Shown here piece after piece: positions 26,644-41,029 of a stretch of DNA of 64,000 bases. Source of the DNA: Octopus vulgaris. Its lineage: Eukaryota. Within the stretch, counting starts at the first letter, position 1. Each line of letters starts with the position of its first letter. The position numbers and the translations under genes were made by a program. The stretch is from contig OX597817.1 in NCBI GenBank assembly GCA_951406725.2, forward strand, positions 2,666,001 to 2,730,000. Reading direction: 5' to 3'. The notes below the pieces were generated by a model. It saw nothing but the letters and a program-made list of their open reading frames with translations, was not told where the DNA came from and ran no database searches.

Positions 26644-26875
26644 CATACATACATACATACATACATATTGTACAGTGGTTTCACGCTGTTAAAAATTGCA
26701 ATTAAGCTAAAAGAAACTATAAAACACTGTTAAGTAGATTAGAATATTATTATTTGTACAAAGCTGAGGCTGTGCCTGGCGCAACAAGGTGCTTGTTGTG
26801 CCACTGTGTTTAGGCGACTAAAGCCCCGAGAAGAGAAAATCAGATTAGTACTTCACGCAGTCTCAGAATTGTGTC

Positions 26876-26891
26876 AATAATAATGATGATG

Positions 26892-26970
<79 letters not shown>
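26876..26970. repeat. (TAA)n microsatellite
   Basis: Direct reading. Confidence 0.95.
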
Positions 26971-26984
26971 GCAATTTAACCGGT

Positions 26985-27200
26985 ATGTCCGTCCAGCACC
27001 AATGGATGACATGAAGCTGTCGCTCTATTGACCAAACTGCGTGACCACTGACTTATCTTGATTAATATGTACTCCTTTCATCGCTTCATAGTACTTTCGA
27101 ACAGTGATGATCACCTCGATGGTGTCTGACGTTATAAAAATGACGTTGTCTGCGTATTCTTCCATCTTACTTCGCGCAGGATATGTCTCAACGTCTCTTG
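26985..27200 (-). pseudogene. Tx1/L1-like reverse transcriptase fragment
   Basis: Reverse complement translates to EEYADNVIFITSDTIEVIITVRKYYEAMKGVHINQDKS (decayed YADD plus G..IN..KS motif). Confidence 0.7.
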
Positions 27201-27305
27201 TTTCCGTAATAGTAGCTCAATAGTCAGTACATGTAAGTGGAGAGAAGACATATTTATGTGTAAATACAGAACAACGTAAGTAGGTATATACATACATACA
27301 TACAT

Positions 27306-27357
<52 letters not shown>

Positions 27358-27517
27358 GTTCATGTATGTGAATATGTATGTACGTGTGCGGTTGTATGTG
27401 TGTTCATGCATATATTAAAGAAGTCCTTACAACACACATAAACTAATTCAATACTTGCCGTATTGCATCTGATGCCAGAAATAAGTAAAAATAAAACTAA
27501 ATTATACATTTAGACAG

Positions 27518-27587
<70 letters not shown>

Positions 27588-28944
27588 AAAGTACTATCAC
27601 CGAAAAGAAATGAAAAAAAAAGGAAAATGCTGCATAAAAGACACTTCTAGAAGTTTTGAGGCAAAATCAATATTTCTAATGACAGTTAAGATAGGTATGA
27701 AATTTTAAGATAGTAACGATCGAATTTAAACGGTAAAAATAAATGTCTGCTTCATCTACTTTGATTGACAAAGACGGTGATGGTGGCATAAAGAGGAGGT
27801 AAAGATATAACGGGAGTTTAAGAAGAAGTTCGTTGTTGATAGGTCTTACGGTAACATATAGTTCATAATTTTCCGTGAACAAAACAATAAATTCAGCAGA
27901 AGTTATTTCGAACTGCTATCAAGTAGGGCAACGATATATGTTTATTAGTGGTATAACTAAAGGCTAATATATAATGAGCGCAAAGCGGTGAGGTGGCAGA
28001 CTCGTTAATACGCATTGGATATCCCAAGTGCACTTGGATGCTTAACCATTAGGTATCCTTAGTGTAGTTGGATGCTTAATCAGTTAATTTCATTAAAGAT
28101 TTCAAATCCCCTGTGTCAAGTTTACGTTTTATCCTCCTGGATTTAATAAAATAAGTCTAGTACTGATGCCAGAATTTCTGGTCTTGTATCTTTGTAAAAA
28201 ACAGTTTTATTTAACGTCATAATTTTAACGCAATGGACGAGCTTCGCTCTTTCCTACAATAACTCACTTCTGGGCTTAGTGTCAGAGAGGCACATCCCCA
28301 TACGTTTCTCAATAAACAGTCTTGCACAAAAATATTCTTCGTTATAGACATTGCTGAAGACCCTTGTTCATAATGATAAGTGGTTAGGATAGAAAAAGGC
28401 TCTTCACATATTTTCTACACGTACGAGTTGCGTATGGTAGGTTGTGACTGCTTCAAAAATGCTGGTGTTTTTCTGTTTTTCTCCTGTATTCCTCAGGGTA
28501 GATGTAGCTCGGTCTGAGAAACCCTAAACTATGGGCCTGCGATGCTAAAGACAGTGTATGACCAAAATCTGCTGCGCCAGTTTTGATTAAATGAAAACAA
28601 ACTTGAATTTCATAACGTAAATTACAACTGAGTTTGTAGAAATCGTTAAAGAAAAATTGCTGAAATTGTACATAACTATAAAATATACATGCATATGAGA
28701 CGCTTCTTAACGATATACTTTCCCAACTTATCATTTATAAGAAATATATTAAGAATTTAAAAAACGACGTTGTCAAATATAGTTAAAATAAATGTATATT
28801 TGCATCAAAACTATTGATAATAAACTATGAAATTGTATATTAAAAATGTAACAAATTTGTGATTTAAATCTATAGCTAGATATTGATGAAATTATTAAAC
28901 TCCAGATTTATTATTAAGTTATATCGACGTTATACATATTGAAA

Positions 28945-28998
<54 letters not shown>

Positions 28999-31242
28999 TC
29001 AGTTTGTTTTTATGCATATTATAAAGTTATATTAATCAGTGGACAAAAATCCATATTTCAACTCCGCTTGTGTGAATTCAAATATGTATATTCGTGCCTC
29101 CTTACGTGCGTGTGTGTGTGTGTATGTGAGTGTGTGCGTGTCTGAGTGTGTGTGTTTGTGCATGTGTTTCTGCGTGTGTATGTCTGAGTGCGTGCATATT
29201 CACGAGTGTATGTGAGTTGGGAGAGATTGTATTAAAGCTAATATTTACTGTTTTACTTATAGTTGCTGTCACATATTTACATTTACTTGAATTGTCATCG
29301 ATTTTTGCTAGCGGCCATTTTCTTTAGAGTAATCTTTCCCTTTCGTTAAATTACTTCAACGATTTTGAGAGAAAAAGCCTTCTATTAGGGTTGTTGTCCT
29401 TGCTTAACGCCTGCGCATCACTGGTCGGGCAACCTATGACCAAATTTGTTTTAGTCACGACCATCCTGCTTCTTACAGTCTTATATATGTTATTCCTTTT
29501 ATTTAAATGGTAGGTTATCCTTGCAGAGACATTTATTAGTTATATCTAATAATTCGTACGACAGCTTAGACATTCCGACATTATAATATTATTGCAAACA
29601 CGATTAAAACACGAATTATCATATTTTAATTATGACTTTTGGATTTTTTATGATTCTCAAAGGCCTTATAGCGGTGGCCATCCCATTATATTTTCGCTCT
29701 AAAGTATATAAGACTACATTATCCAATTTGTCCTTTTCATTTTTAAGATAAGAATTTGAGTAAAATTTGGCTGTTATTTCTACAAGATCGACTGACTGAA
29801 TTGGGACACATTTACTGGCGCTAGAAATCGAGTCATTTTCATTTCTTTATCGTCATTTTTTTGTAATTCGACAGCTAACTTACGGTATACTTTCTTAAAT
29901 GCTGTTAAAGGCAAACATTGAGTCTGAAATGACATCGGAAACAAAAAAGACTTAGTCAAAGGAATTTCTACACATTTCTTTCATCTGCTGCTAGAGATAG
30001 CAACAAAATTTTGCTTAATCATATCCTACCCTTTTTAAAGACAGATTTAGATAAATTAGTCATGATTTAGATAACCCAAAAAAAAAAGACAAGGAGTGAC
30101 TGCCGGATTGCCTTTAATTAATATATCAGCATGGCTAGGGTTTATCGAGTGCAAAACAACAAGTGTCGCAATTATATACTGATTGCAATTCACCATGATT
30201 TCCTGCGTTATTATATCATTCTTCGTGACTACTTAATGTTTTGCTTTGTAGTCGTGGTCTGGCTTGATCGACCAGTCAATGGCCGCCATTCATTTTTCAC
30301 AAGAATAGTGTACCTACGATTATAATATCCAATCTTTTGTTCTTTTGTAGTAATAAGATGAATAGAGTGTGATTTGAGGATGATTTTGTTTGTGTACGGA
30401 TTTCGTTTTGCTCCGCTTTTATTCCCCCCTCTATTACTACTAAACACTTTTCGAGCTAATGGTTGCTGGACTTGCTACAAAAAGCAGTCAAACTTCCTAC
30501 AATTCGCACCCTAAATATATAGTCGTTAGAAAGTGACATAATAAATAAATGGTCTCTTGTGTCCTTACACAGAGAAAAACATGATGATTATGGCTGGAAC
30601 GCCTTTGATAATAGTCTGATCGAATCGAACTGGCGTGGGACTAAACAGCAACAACAGAACACCTATTTTCTCTATTAACATCAATGTCAATTTCAGTCTA
30701 AATTTCTTGTTCAATTTTGAGATTTTTCTTTTGCTCTTTTCTTCATTCTATTCTAAGAATCTTTCATGTCTACCATTTGTAATTTCGTGTATTGATTTCA
30801 GAAATGATCATCCTTCTTTCTCTTGATCACTATGATTTCTCTTTCATTACACTTTACGTTTTTTTTTTCTTAATGTTTTTACACAGACTACTTTTGGACA
30901 AGTGGTTGGCTAGATGTAAATAGCAGCTTCGCCATATTATTATGTCGATAGGTATATTTTACACAAGCTAATGTTTGACATATTCTTAGCATGTTGTGAT
31001 TTGATTCGAGAAACTGAACAGACAGAATATATCTACCGTCCACATAATACGATCAGTAAATGATTCTTTTATGTGACCTATTTCCGTATAGTACATATTC
31101 TCTTGTTGCTCAAACGTAGGCTTGATCTGTTTTATATGGTTTTTTTTCTTAATCCGGATGACAGATTATTTTAAAATTTACTTGTGAGACACTCAAACAA
31201 GAAGCCATTATTGATATTTGTTCTCAATGTAATTGATTATAT

Positions 31243-31317
<75 letters not shown>

Positions 31318-31319
31318 GT

Positions 31320-31695
31320 GGCACTCCGCCTGTTACAAGGGTTCCAGTTGATCCGATCAACGGAACAGCCAGCTCGTGAAATTAACGTGCAAGTGGCTGA
31401 GCACTCCACAGACACGTGTACCACTTAACGTAGTTCTCGGGGGGATTCAGCGTTACACAGAGTGTGACAAGGCTGATCCTTTGAAATACAGGTACAACAG
31501 AAACAGGAAGAAAGAGTGAGAGAAAGTTGTGGTGAAAAAGAGTACAGCAGCGTTCGCCACCACCACCCCACCCCCTGCCGGAGCCTCGTGGAGCTTTTGA
31601 TGTTTTCGCTCAATAGACACTTGCAACACCCGGTCTGAGAATCGAAGTCACGATCCTATGACCGCGAGTCCGCTGCCCTAACCACTGGGCCTCCA
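31320..31695 (-). mobile_element. tRNA-derived SINE family B
   Basis: Homologous to 5674-5989 and 46961-47343. Confidence 0.9.
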
Positions 31696-31754
31696 TGCAC
31701 ACACACACATATATATATGTGTGTGTGTGTGTTTGATTTAATTATATATGTCAG

Positions 31755-31804
<50 letters not shown>

Positions 31805-31857
31805 TGCATATGTATGAGTATATGTATCCAGTATACTTATATATGATTATATATATA

Positions 31858-32225
31858 AGCGTGACTGTGTGGCAAGCAGCTTGCCACATGGTTCCGGCTC
31901 CTGTCACACTGCGTGTTCTTCTTGCCTCTGGCCAACCAAAGCCTTGCGAGTGGATTTCGTAGACGTAAACTTAAAAACAGCTAATCGTGTATATGTGAGT
32001 GAGTGTGTGTGTGTGTGTGCGCGGGCGCACGTATTCCCTACCCATCGCTTGACAACCGGTGCTGGTGTGTTTACATCCCCTTAAGTTATCGGTTCGGCAA
32101 AAGGAACCGATAGAATAAGTGTTTTTTTTTAAAAAGGACTGGGGTGGATACATTCGACTAAAAAGTTCCCCAAGGCAGTACCCCAGCATGGCTGCAGTCG
32201 ACTGAAACAAGTACAAGATGAAAGA
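31858..32225 (+). mobile_element. SINE family C
   Basis: Head, internal (TG)n and ccagcatggctgcagtc...gactgaaacaagta tail. Confidence 0.8.
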
Positions 32226-35200
32226 TTACACACACACACACACACACACACGTGTGTGTGTGTGTGTGTGTGTATTTGATCTATTGTGTTTGATATATTG
32301 AATTTTATAATTTATCGTATCCGATTTAGTTATGACGAATCCAACTGACTCCATTTAGAAAACTAATGTTCTTGTGATCTGGACTTATACGACCCCGTAA
32401 ATTATGCCCAAAGTAAATGAACGCTGTTGTATATTGTAAAAAAAACTTCGCAGTTGGCTTTCCTTTCTAAATATCATGGTTTTGGAGGGTCTGAATATTG
32501 AAAACGATTTTTTTCAAACATTTTGTCGATGTAACAGGTTATTATTTTATAACGTCTTTGTTCTCTTTCTTATTTGTTTTCTTTTTCTTTTCAAATTACT
32601 TTCTTCAGAGTCAAAGGTAATAAAACAAAAAGAAAAAAAGAAATCATAAACTAATGTCATCAAGCTCCAGTTACAAAGAAAACAGTTTAAGTGAATGAAG
32701 CGACGCGCAGAGGAAGTTGACATCCGGTGCAGACATCCTGAGAGATCCCTTTTGCCCCAGCCACATACATGTGTTAGACATATGCATCTAGTCTGTGTAA
32801 TGCCTTTTCATACGTGCGTTTGACTCAAAATAATTTTGTATTATACTATTTGGCAAGAATATATTGATAACGGCAGTAGTAGTAATACCAACAACAACAA
32901 CAAGTCTACTAGAAAGATTCAACGTGGTCGCTCAGTTTGCGAGAAATAATAACCAAATCTTCCTCAAATCCTGCATCACTGTCTTTTAAAAAGAAAACAT
33001 TTTTGGCACGGATTTTTTTCAGTGAACAGGTCGCGGTCTTATAGCGACGAAAATATTTTGACAAATTAAACTTAAATGTTGAAGTGAATCGAACAGCTTT
33101 TGTGTGTTTCTTAAATGGCTTACAAACACCTACCACGCTGCAATTATTTTTTCATTCTGAAGACACAGATTCCGACTACAAAGACGAGACGGTTACCGCT
33201 GGGAATGCTTTGATTATTAGTTTTCGCATAACTTGATTGATAATTTCTTTTATTGATTACACTGCAATAAAATTGAAAGTCTTGACCAATGGATCTAAAC
33301 TCAAAATATGAAGGAGCAAAGGAGCGTAATGAAATACTGGAAGGCATTCTAACCTACTCTTTATTGACTATGTTCGGTCACTGCCTTCCACTCTAATAAA
33401 CGTTGTACAAAATTTACAAGAATATGTTGGTGCTCCAGCATGGCCACAACCTTAGGGCTGAAGCATATAAAAGAATATTGCAGTTATATAGATGACTATA
33501 ATTTTAACCTTATATTATATATTAATACATATATATATGTCATAATAACATTTTGTAATAAAGATAGGAATAATAATTATTACGGTTGTTTCTTTAATTC
33601 GAACGATATTCTTTCGTTATCAGAACAGTAAAAATACTATGCATTTCAAATAAGGACCTCTCATACTGCCTGGTCTAACATTGCAAGTGTTCGAAACACA
33701 CCGTTGCTTTTAATGTTTAGGCTGGGCATAAGTCACGTCAGTTTCGCTCGTCTGGAATATTAATAAATTTGTGATTATAATTTGGCAAAATTTCATATCA
33801 TATAAATAATAGCAACTTATACTCGTTCGGAGCAAAAACTTTTTAGAAAATAATTGTAGTGGATTGAATCATTCTTAATATGTCACTACTAATTTTTTGC
33901 CCAGATAATAAGATAATTGACAGTCAAGTCTGACGAGATTTGAAATCAGTTCATGGATAGTAATTAGCGTTAAGAATATTTTTGTCAAGCGAAAAGTCAA
34001 TATTTGTGACAGAGGAGCGCAGTGAATAGAATTGATTTTATTGGCAGGAAATGGATTTTTTCGTTATTGATTATTACTATTGATTTCTAACATAGGCACA
34101 AGAGCACACATTTGAATTGATTAAAATAACCTCAGTGTATTTATTTTATTTTACTTCCTTTAAACGAGGTCACGAGGTAGCCTCGTCAGTATTTTAATTC
34201 AGAAAGGACCGTAACTAATTATTGTAGCAAAGTTTGTTCCGACGATCTGGCGATTCTGTCAATCCATCATTCTGCTATTACTGACACATTGACCAAAACA
34301 TTCAGTGGGGTGTTTTACCGTGCCTATTATTCTTATTTATCTTCCTAAAACACTGATAAAATAGTAAATCTATGACGCTCACGTGCATAGCATAACCTCT
34401 ATCTATGTAAGTCACTTGACGCCATAAAGCCAGACAGCCAGATACCTTTTCGCAGATGTGCTGACCTGAAAGATAAGACAAGTACAAGAGACGAACATGT
34501 GGTTAATCGGTTAATAGTTCCACTGGGTTTGTGTGTTCTTGCAATTTTGCGACTCTTTGCTTTTTTTTTTCCTTATCTCTTTTCTTCTCTACTGATATTT
34601 GTAATCAAGAAAAATAAATTTCTCCACTAACTCATTTGGGACACCAAGGTCATCTTTGACTTTCATACTTTCAAATCCTAGTAGGGGGGGGGGGGCGATT
34701 CTGTATACTTCACCCCTCCATAGAAATGTGTGCCCTGGTGCCAAAGTTAGACATCATCATCATGATTTTTCCTATCATTCGATGTAAATATCTTACCGTT
34801 TTCGTAACGCGTCAACTTCCTTGAGATTTTCCCAATTTGCCGTTTTGTACTAAGTCAATACAATCAAATTTATTGGTAGAGAATGTATTGCCCTTTAGCG
34901 CATTACAAGGTGCACTTTTGTGTTCTTGAAGTGTATGTAGCATAGTCTTAAACTGTATCTCTATTTTTAGAATTATTATGTGTGCTTATAATATTGATAT
35001 ATTTCATGCGATTTAAATATTTTAATATTTTATATATTGCGTAACGTCTCTCACCTCCACTCGTTTTCATATAACTTCTTGCTATCATCCATCCCTAACC
35101 ACTATGTATGTTTTGTTATTAGTATGAAAGGGACCTGGTAACATTTTAACGATTTCAGTGATTGCTCGACACTACCGCTTTATAAATGCTTAATGAAGGT

Positions 35201-35730
35201 TAAGAGCGGCGTTGTCATCTGAAAAGCTCTGGATGTTGATAAAAAAGGCCCTAAGCTGGTTTGTTTCGGTGAACTTTCGAGTTGGCGACTACTATGAATA
35301 ACTTCCAAAGTCTTTGGCCTCTCAAAAAGCTCGACTGATTTGAGATAAACTCTACAGAAATTGAAGAACTGTCAAAGGAGCATGTCCGAGATGAGCATAG
35401 GGTAACGAAACTGTTTAGCAAGCGTTCGTTAACAGTCAGAGCATTGCTGCCTTGTAATATGTTGAACAACTACTGTCATATATAGAACGAATCTGGCGAT
35501 CAGCTGCGTCGATCGTAATGATCACTCGGTCCTTCTTCTTTTAAATTTGCAAGGAAAACAGTTTTCTTCTCTCTGGTGGCTATAACGAAAGAGGTGGCAT
35601 GATGGATGAGATTGAAGGATCTGAGGACAAACATCTTTGTAATAGAGTTCCACCGACTTTTTCAAGTTTCACTTGAAATGCAATGGATGGTTGGACAGAA
35701 AAGAGCTATTTCCTGTGATATTATTCAACT

Positions 35731-35782
<52 letters not shown>

Positions 35783-35841
35783 TGACATATATATATACAT
35801 TTACATACATATACATATATATATTCACCCTCCATACACAT

Positions 35842-35934
<93 letters not shown>

Positions 35935-37011
35935 CGCGTGTGTGTATGTGTGTGTGTGTGTATACATACACAAGGGAGTCAATTTGTAGACAGAAATTAC
36001 AAATCCCGTTTGAGCGTATAAAACACTAGAATAAAATATCTTAAGAGGAAAAACTTGAGCCGCTTTAGGATAGCTTTTTCTAAAGCATGACCGCTCAGTG
36101 GCGTGGTTGAAATCTCATTGGTTAGTAATAAAGGCTTCTTGACTGCATGTGGCCCACAGTGGTAATACGTACGCATGCACGCCCGCACGCTCAACGTTTT
36201 TCGGTAGAGGGAGATATTTACACACGACACATTTGAAATACACTGAAGTCAGTTTTGAGGCAGATGTGGGCAAAATTGAATTTAAACACACTGGGTGAGA
36301 AAAAATCAGAAATAGGTAAATTATAACTGGATACTCTTGCAGGAAAACCTTGCCTAAAATCTAATTTTACCCACACTTATATCATCACTGCTTTCACAGT
36401 TGCTAAGTGTTTCCCTGATTTTGTACTTGTTCCTTTAGGTATTTCCTTCATTGGTCCGACTAAATCACCCCAAGTGCTCAGTTTTGAAGCTCTGATACAC
36501 ACGGAATTCCATACAATTTCCGTCTATCAAATTTTCTCGCAATTTATTCGTTAATCTGGGTTATAATAGAAGACTTTTGCCCAAGATGCTGTACAGCAGT
36601 ATTGAGCTCGAAACCATGTGATTGTGAATCGAACTTTTTATCTACACAGCCATGTCTTCGCCTAAGTAGTATCATTTTATATTAAATCCTACCGTGTCTC
36701 TGCATATCTAACATCTTACACACGAATCCATTGCTACCTATTGCCACTAGTACCATCATAATATCTGGAGCCTCAGCTACTTACAAACATCACCACCGAC
36801 ATTCTCACCAACAATTACACTACCAATTCATCACAAACACTTCAGCCTATACACTGGTATCCAGCAGCGGCAGTACTGCCCATGTTACCAGTACTATTAA
36901 TATCACTGCCCCACCCTCACCGCTACCAAAACAAATAAATTCACAAACAGCGTCATTATTGCCATTTCAACTTTACCAGTGACAATGCTAAACTCCCTTT
37001 AGCCATACATA

Positions 37012-37187
37012 TAGGCGCATGCGCGGCTAATTGGTAAGAAGTTTGCTTCCTAACTACATGGCTCAAGGTTCAGTCCCGTGTGGCACCTTGGGCACGTGTC
37101 TTCTACTCTAGCTTCGGGCCGATCGAGGCCTTGTGTGTGGATTTGATAGATGGGAACTGAAAGAGTCCCGTCGTATACATTTATATA

Positions 37188-37229
<42 letters not shown>

Positions 37230-37428
37230 TCTTTGTGTCTATGTTTGTCCCGCTATCGCCCTTTGGCAACCGTTGTTGGTGTGTTTACGTCCCTGTAAAT
37301 TAGCTGTTCGGCAAAAGAGACCAATGTAGTAAGTACTAATGTCCTGGGGTCGATTTGCTCGAGTAAAACCATTCAAGGCAGTGCTCCAGCATGGCCGCCA
37401 TCAAATCACTGAAAGAAGTAAAAGAAGA
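37012..37428 (+). mobile_element. SINE family C, near full length
   Basis: aggcgcatgcgcggctaattggtaagaag...ggttcagtccc...(TG)n...gtgctccagcatggccgc. Confidence 0.85.
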
Positions 37429-37525
37429 AAAACAATATACAACCATACATAACACATACTCACATATACATATTGCAAGAACGTGCAAGCATTGGCATGC
37501 ACATACATAGTGTGTATGTGTGTTG

Positions 37526-37573
<48 letters not shown>

Positions 37574-38342
37574 AAGTGTGTTCAAGTGTACACACACACA
37601 CACACACACTCATAAACTTTTATATCACATGCATAGTGATTTGCATATTTATAAATTTACAGTAGACACCAGGTAGTTTTAACATTGAATTTTCTTTCAT
37701 TAAAATCTATAGAGCTGTACATATTCACACACACAAAAATATACACACCTATAAACACATCATACGTAAACACGGACACACGCACACACAGTAAACTTTG
37801 GAGGGATATTCATTCTTGAGATTATTTCCCTCTCCATTATAGAGCTGTTTTAAATTACCACTTGGTAGCTGTAACATCCTTTAGATGCCGATATACTTTT
37901 AATAAATCAATAATTCATGTTGTATGGTATTTTATATATCTGCATTTGTTTATAGTGTTAATACACATGCCCCTGGGCACTTGGAGTTATTTCTCTGATC
38001 CCATTTTTGTTGTGTTTGGACTGTCCTCGCTCAGCAGACACTCGGACTCCCGCCTCCGCCGAGAGCAGGGATTGATTTTCTCACTTCATTGCTCTGCTCC
38101 AAATGCTCTTAACTCGTCGAGTTTCTTCATCGAAACCTACCCCTACACACATTCACATACACCAGACACCGTCCACTCGTCTCCTCCTCCTTCCTACACA
38201 CTCGTACACCGTTCTACTCAGCACCCACATGCCACACAACATTATATACACATACACACACACGCACACACACACATACGAATATGTCTCTGCGCATATA
38301 CAGCAACACAAAATAGTATGTGTGTGTGTGTGTGCGTGTGTG

Positions 38343-38380
<38 letters not shown>

Positions 38381-38476
38381 CGTGTGTGTATGAATAAATG
38401 GTACGTCATTAAATCTTCATACATCAGCATCTTTTCGTTTCTTTGTTCCTTTATCTGCTATGCTGTCCTTCTCCAC

Positions 38477-38536
<60 letters not shown>

Positions 38537-39229
38537 GTTGTTATTATTATTATACTTGTTTTCCCTTTCATATACGTTCACAAACACACATGTGTAAAAT
38601 TCATAGAAACATTCAAGGACAGGATTTGGACATTTTTTTCTCTTCTCATTGTAAGTTTTCACATCCTTCTCTAACACACACAAAAAAGCCCAGTCGTATT
38701 GCCATATTCATCTACTTCCTATCGGACTATCTTCTGTCTAAATAGTTCTTCCTACGAAATCTTGTACAATAATAATAGAATATTCACAATAAAGTTGTTT
38801 TTTTAAATGGTGAAAGGCTTGTGAAAAAAGCCCTTATCATCACAATGTATGCAATGTATCCTTTATTGTTTTCTAACCTTGCGAATGATGCTGTATCTTA
38901 TCAGAAGATAAGCTCTCTGAGAATTTGAGAAATATCTTAAAATAGCGCGAGCTGATGTTATTGTTGTTTAATAAATTTATCGGAGTGAATTTGATGTGGT
39001 GGCTTTGTTACTTGTACCGTGATGGTGTTGTCAACGTTTTAGTAATAAGGGGCCTTCAATTTTCTTCTTCTTCTTCTTCTTCTCCTTCTTCTTCTCCCAC
39101 CTCCTCCTCCTCCTCCCCCTCTCAAGCTTTCTTTTTTTCTTGTACTTCTACACCTATCATCATCATCAACGTCGTCGTCGCTGTTATTGATGTTGTTGTT
39201 GTTGTTGTCGATATTCATGTTATTATCAT

Positions 39230-39640
39230 CTTCGGTCAAGGCTTCATTAACTTTTCAAAATTTCATCTGAAAAAGAAAGTGAGGATAGAAAGGAATTTAC
39301 TTCTCCCTTGTAAATTTGTTAAAGGTGAGCGAATGTGGATAGGATGGCTCGAGTAAGGTGGCCAGCTCTAAGCTCATGCCTAGAGGCTGAAGAGTACGGA
39401 GCGTAGAGAAGCATTCGTCATGGTACTCTCCCACTGAACAGGGTAACTCAGGATCTGTGGGGTTCGTTAGCTGCCCCTAGATGAAGTTCCCTCTACTGGC
39501 GATTTCGTTTAAGATTCTTTTACAAATTGTTATTGTTTTATTGTTTATATGTTTCTATGTAAATTTCCCTCATCCTATGTCTTTGTATTGTCCTGAATAT
39601 TTACGTGGCTTTTGTGGCCAATAAACAATGAATTATTATT
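39230..39640 (+). mobile_element. Tx1/L1-like LINE 3' end
   Basis: GQGFINFSKFHLKKKVRIERNLL resembles an ORF2 C-terminus; followed by a 3' UTR with aataaa (39620) and a (tta) tail. Confidence 0.45.
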
Positions 39641-39865
39641 ATTTTCTTAACTCAGGTTTTGTTGGAACTCCGAGTGTTTTGCACGAGGAGCGAACTTGCT
39701 ACCCGCAGCATATGGCATCATTCGTTCTCTTCAACTGTATATGATACTTTCCTAATGATTCTGGATGTGCCAAGGAGGCAAAGAGTATTCAGCTCTTCTG
39801 AATACTCTATTCCCATTTCTTTTATACTCCTCACAAAACATTTTTGGTACTCTCCCCAAGTGGCA
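39640..39865 (-). mobile_element. R4/Dong-like RLE LINE 3' end
   Basis: Reverse complement encodes ..IKEMGIEYS..LCLLGTSRIIRKV (conserved LLGT.RI.RKV terminus). Confidence 0.65.
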
Positions 39866-40262
39866 TTTCGTCCGTCTTTATGTTCTCAGTTCAAATTCCG
39901 CCGAGGTCGACTTCAGCCTTTTAGCGTTGAGAAAATAAGTATCAGTTGAGTACTTTAGTTCTGTAATGGATTTCACACTACTCTCAAAACCTATTGACCC
40001 TGTACGAAAATTGGAAATCATTACTATTATTTATTATTATTATTAAGGTAAGGAGCTCGCAGAATAGTTAGCACCACGGAAAAATGCTTAACAGCATTTC
40101 TTCCGGCTTTACATTGACAGTTCAGATGCTACCAAGGTCGACTTTCCTTTTAACTTTTTGGGTTCGGTAAAACAATGGCGGTTGAGCACAGCAGTCGATG
40201 TCATTGACTTACCCCCCCCCCCCTGCAAAACTGTTAGCCTTGTACTAGAATTTGAAACTATT
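39863..40262 (+). mobile_element. Two SINE family A copies
   Basis: agttcaaattccgccgaggtcgac core; second copy from 40045. Confidence 0.7.
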
Positions 40263-40472
40263 ATTTTCTTATCATATTTAGAAATGTGATGCCATCTTCG
40301 AGATTGTTCTTCGTAAATTTGAATTTTATCACGTTGCATTTGCTGTGAGAACATATTTTTTTAATGTTTTTTATATCTTTGATTCTTTCACTAATAAAAC
40401 TATTTTGAATATTTGAATGTCTGCGTCGTTTACGTTGAGGGAAAAAATAAGGATCATCCTTGAATATATATA

Positions 40473-40690
40473 TCTATATATAAGAAAGGATGTGTATGTG
40501 TGTCTGTGTGTGTGGTATGTATGCATTTCTACAGTTTTTAACAGATTTTCACCAAACTTTACACACATATTACTATGTGCCAAGGATGGTCATGCTCTAT
40601 AACATTTTGCCCAGACCTCCGTGTAAAACGAGAACTCGGGAAAAACAATGTTTTACACGTGTTTTTCTCTAAAAACTTCTGGAGTTTTCA
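40473..40690 (+). mobile_element. Helitron-like 5' portion
   Basis: TCtatatataag start, then a gtgtgtctg tract and acagattttcaccaaacttt motif, similar in layout to 55069; no 3' end found. Confidence 0.5.
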
Positions 40691-41029
40691 GTCGATTCTC
40701 TCCCTTTTCTCTCTCTCTCTGTTTATTTCTCTCTTCTCTCCCTTTTTCCCATTTCTCTGTCTTACACATATTCGCTCTCACCCTTTTTTAATAGTTCCTC
40801 TCTTTTAGTCTATGACTGTTTCTTTCACCCTCTCACTCCCTCTCTCTCTTTAACTCACACACTAACTTCTGACTACAAATTGTCTTCCGTGTATTTCGAT
40901 TAGTCGTGTGTAAAAATCTCTGTTGTTACGGTTTTTGTACGTTCTCCCTGAAAAATAATTTAGTTATTTTAATAGATGTCAATCATAAACATGACAGTGA
41001 TATAGACTTTGTAGAAACATCCCAAGAAA

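Noticed and set aside
37862-38674. Longest ORF (270 aa)
   Set aside because: Non-ATG start, runs through (CA), (TG) and (ATT) repeats, no domain motif
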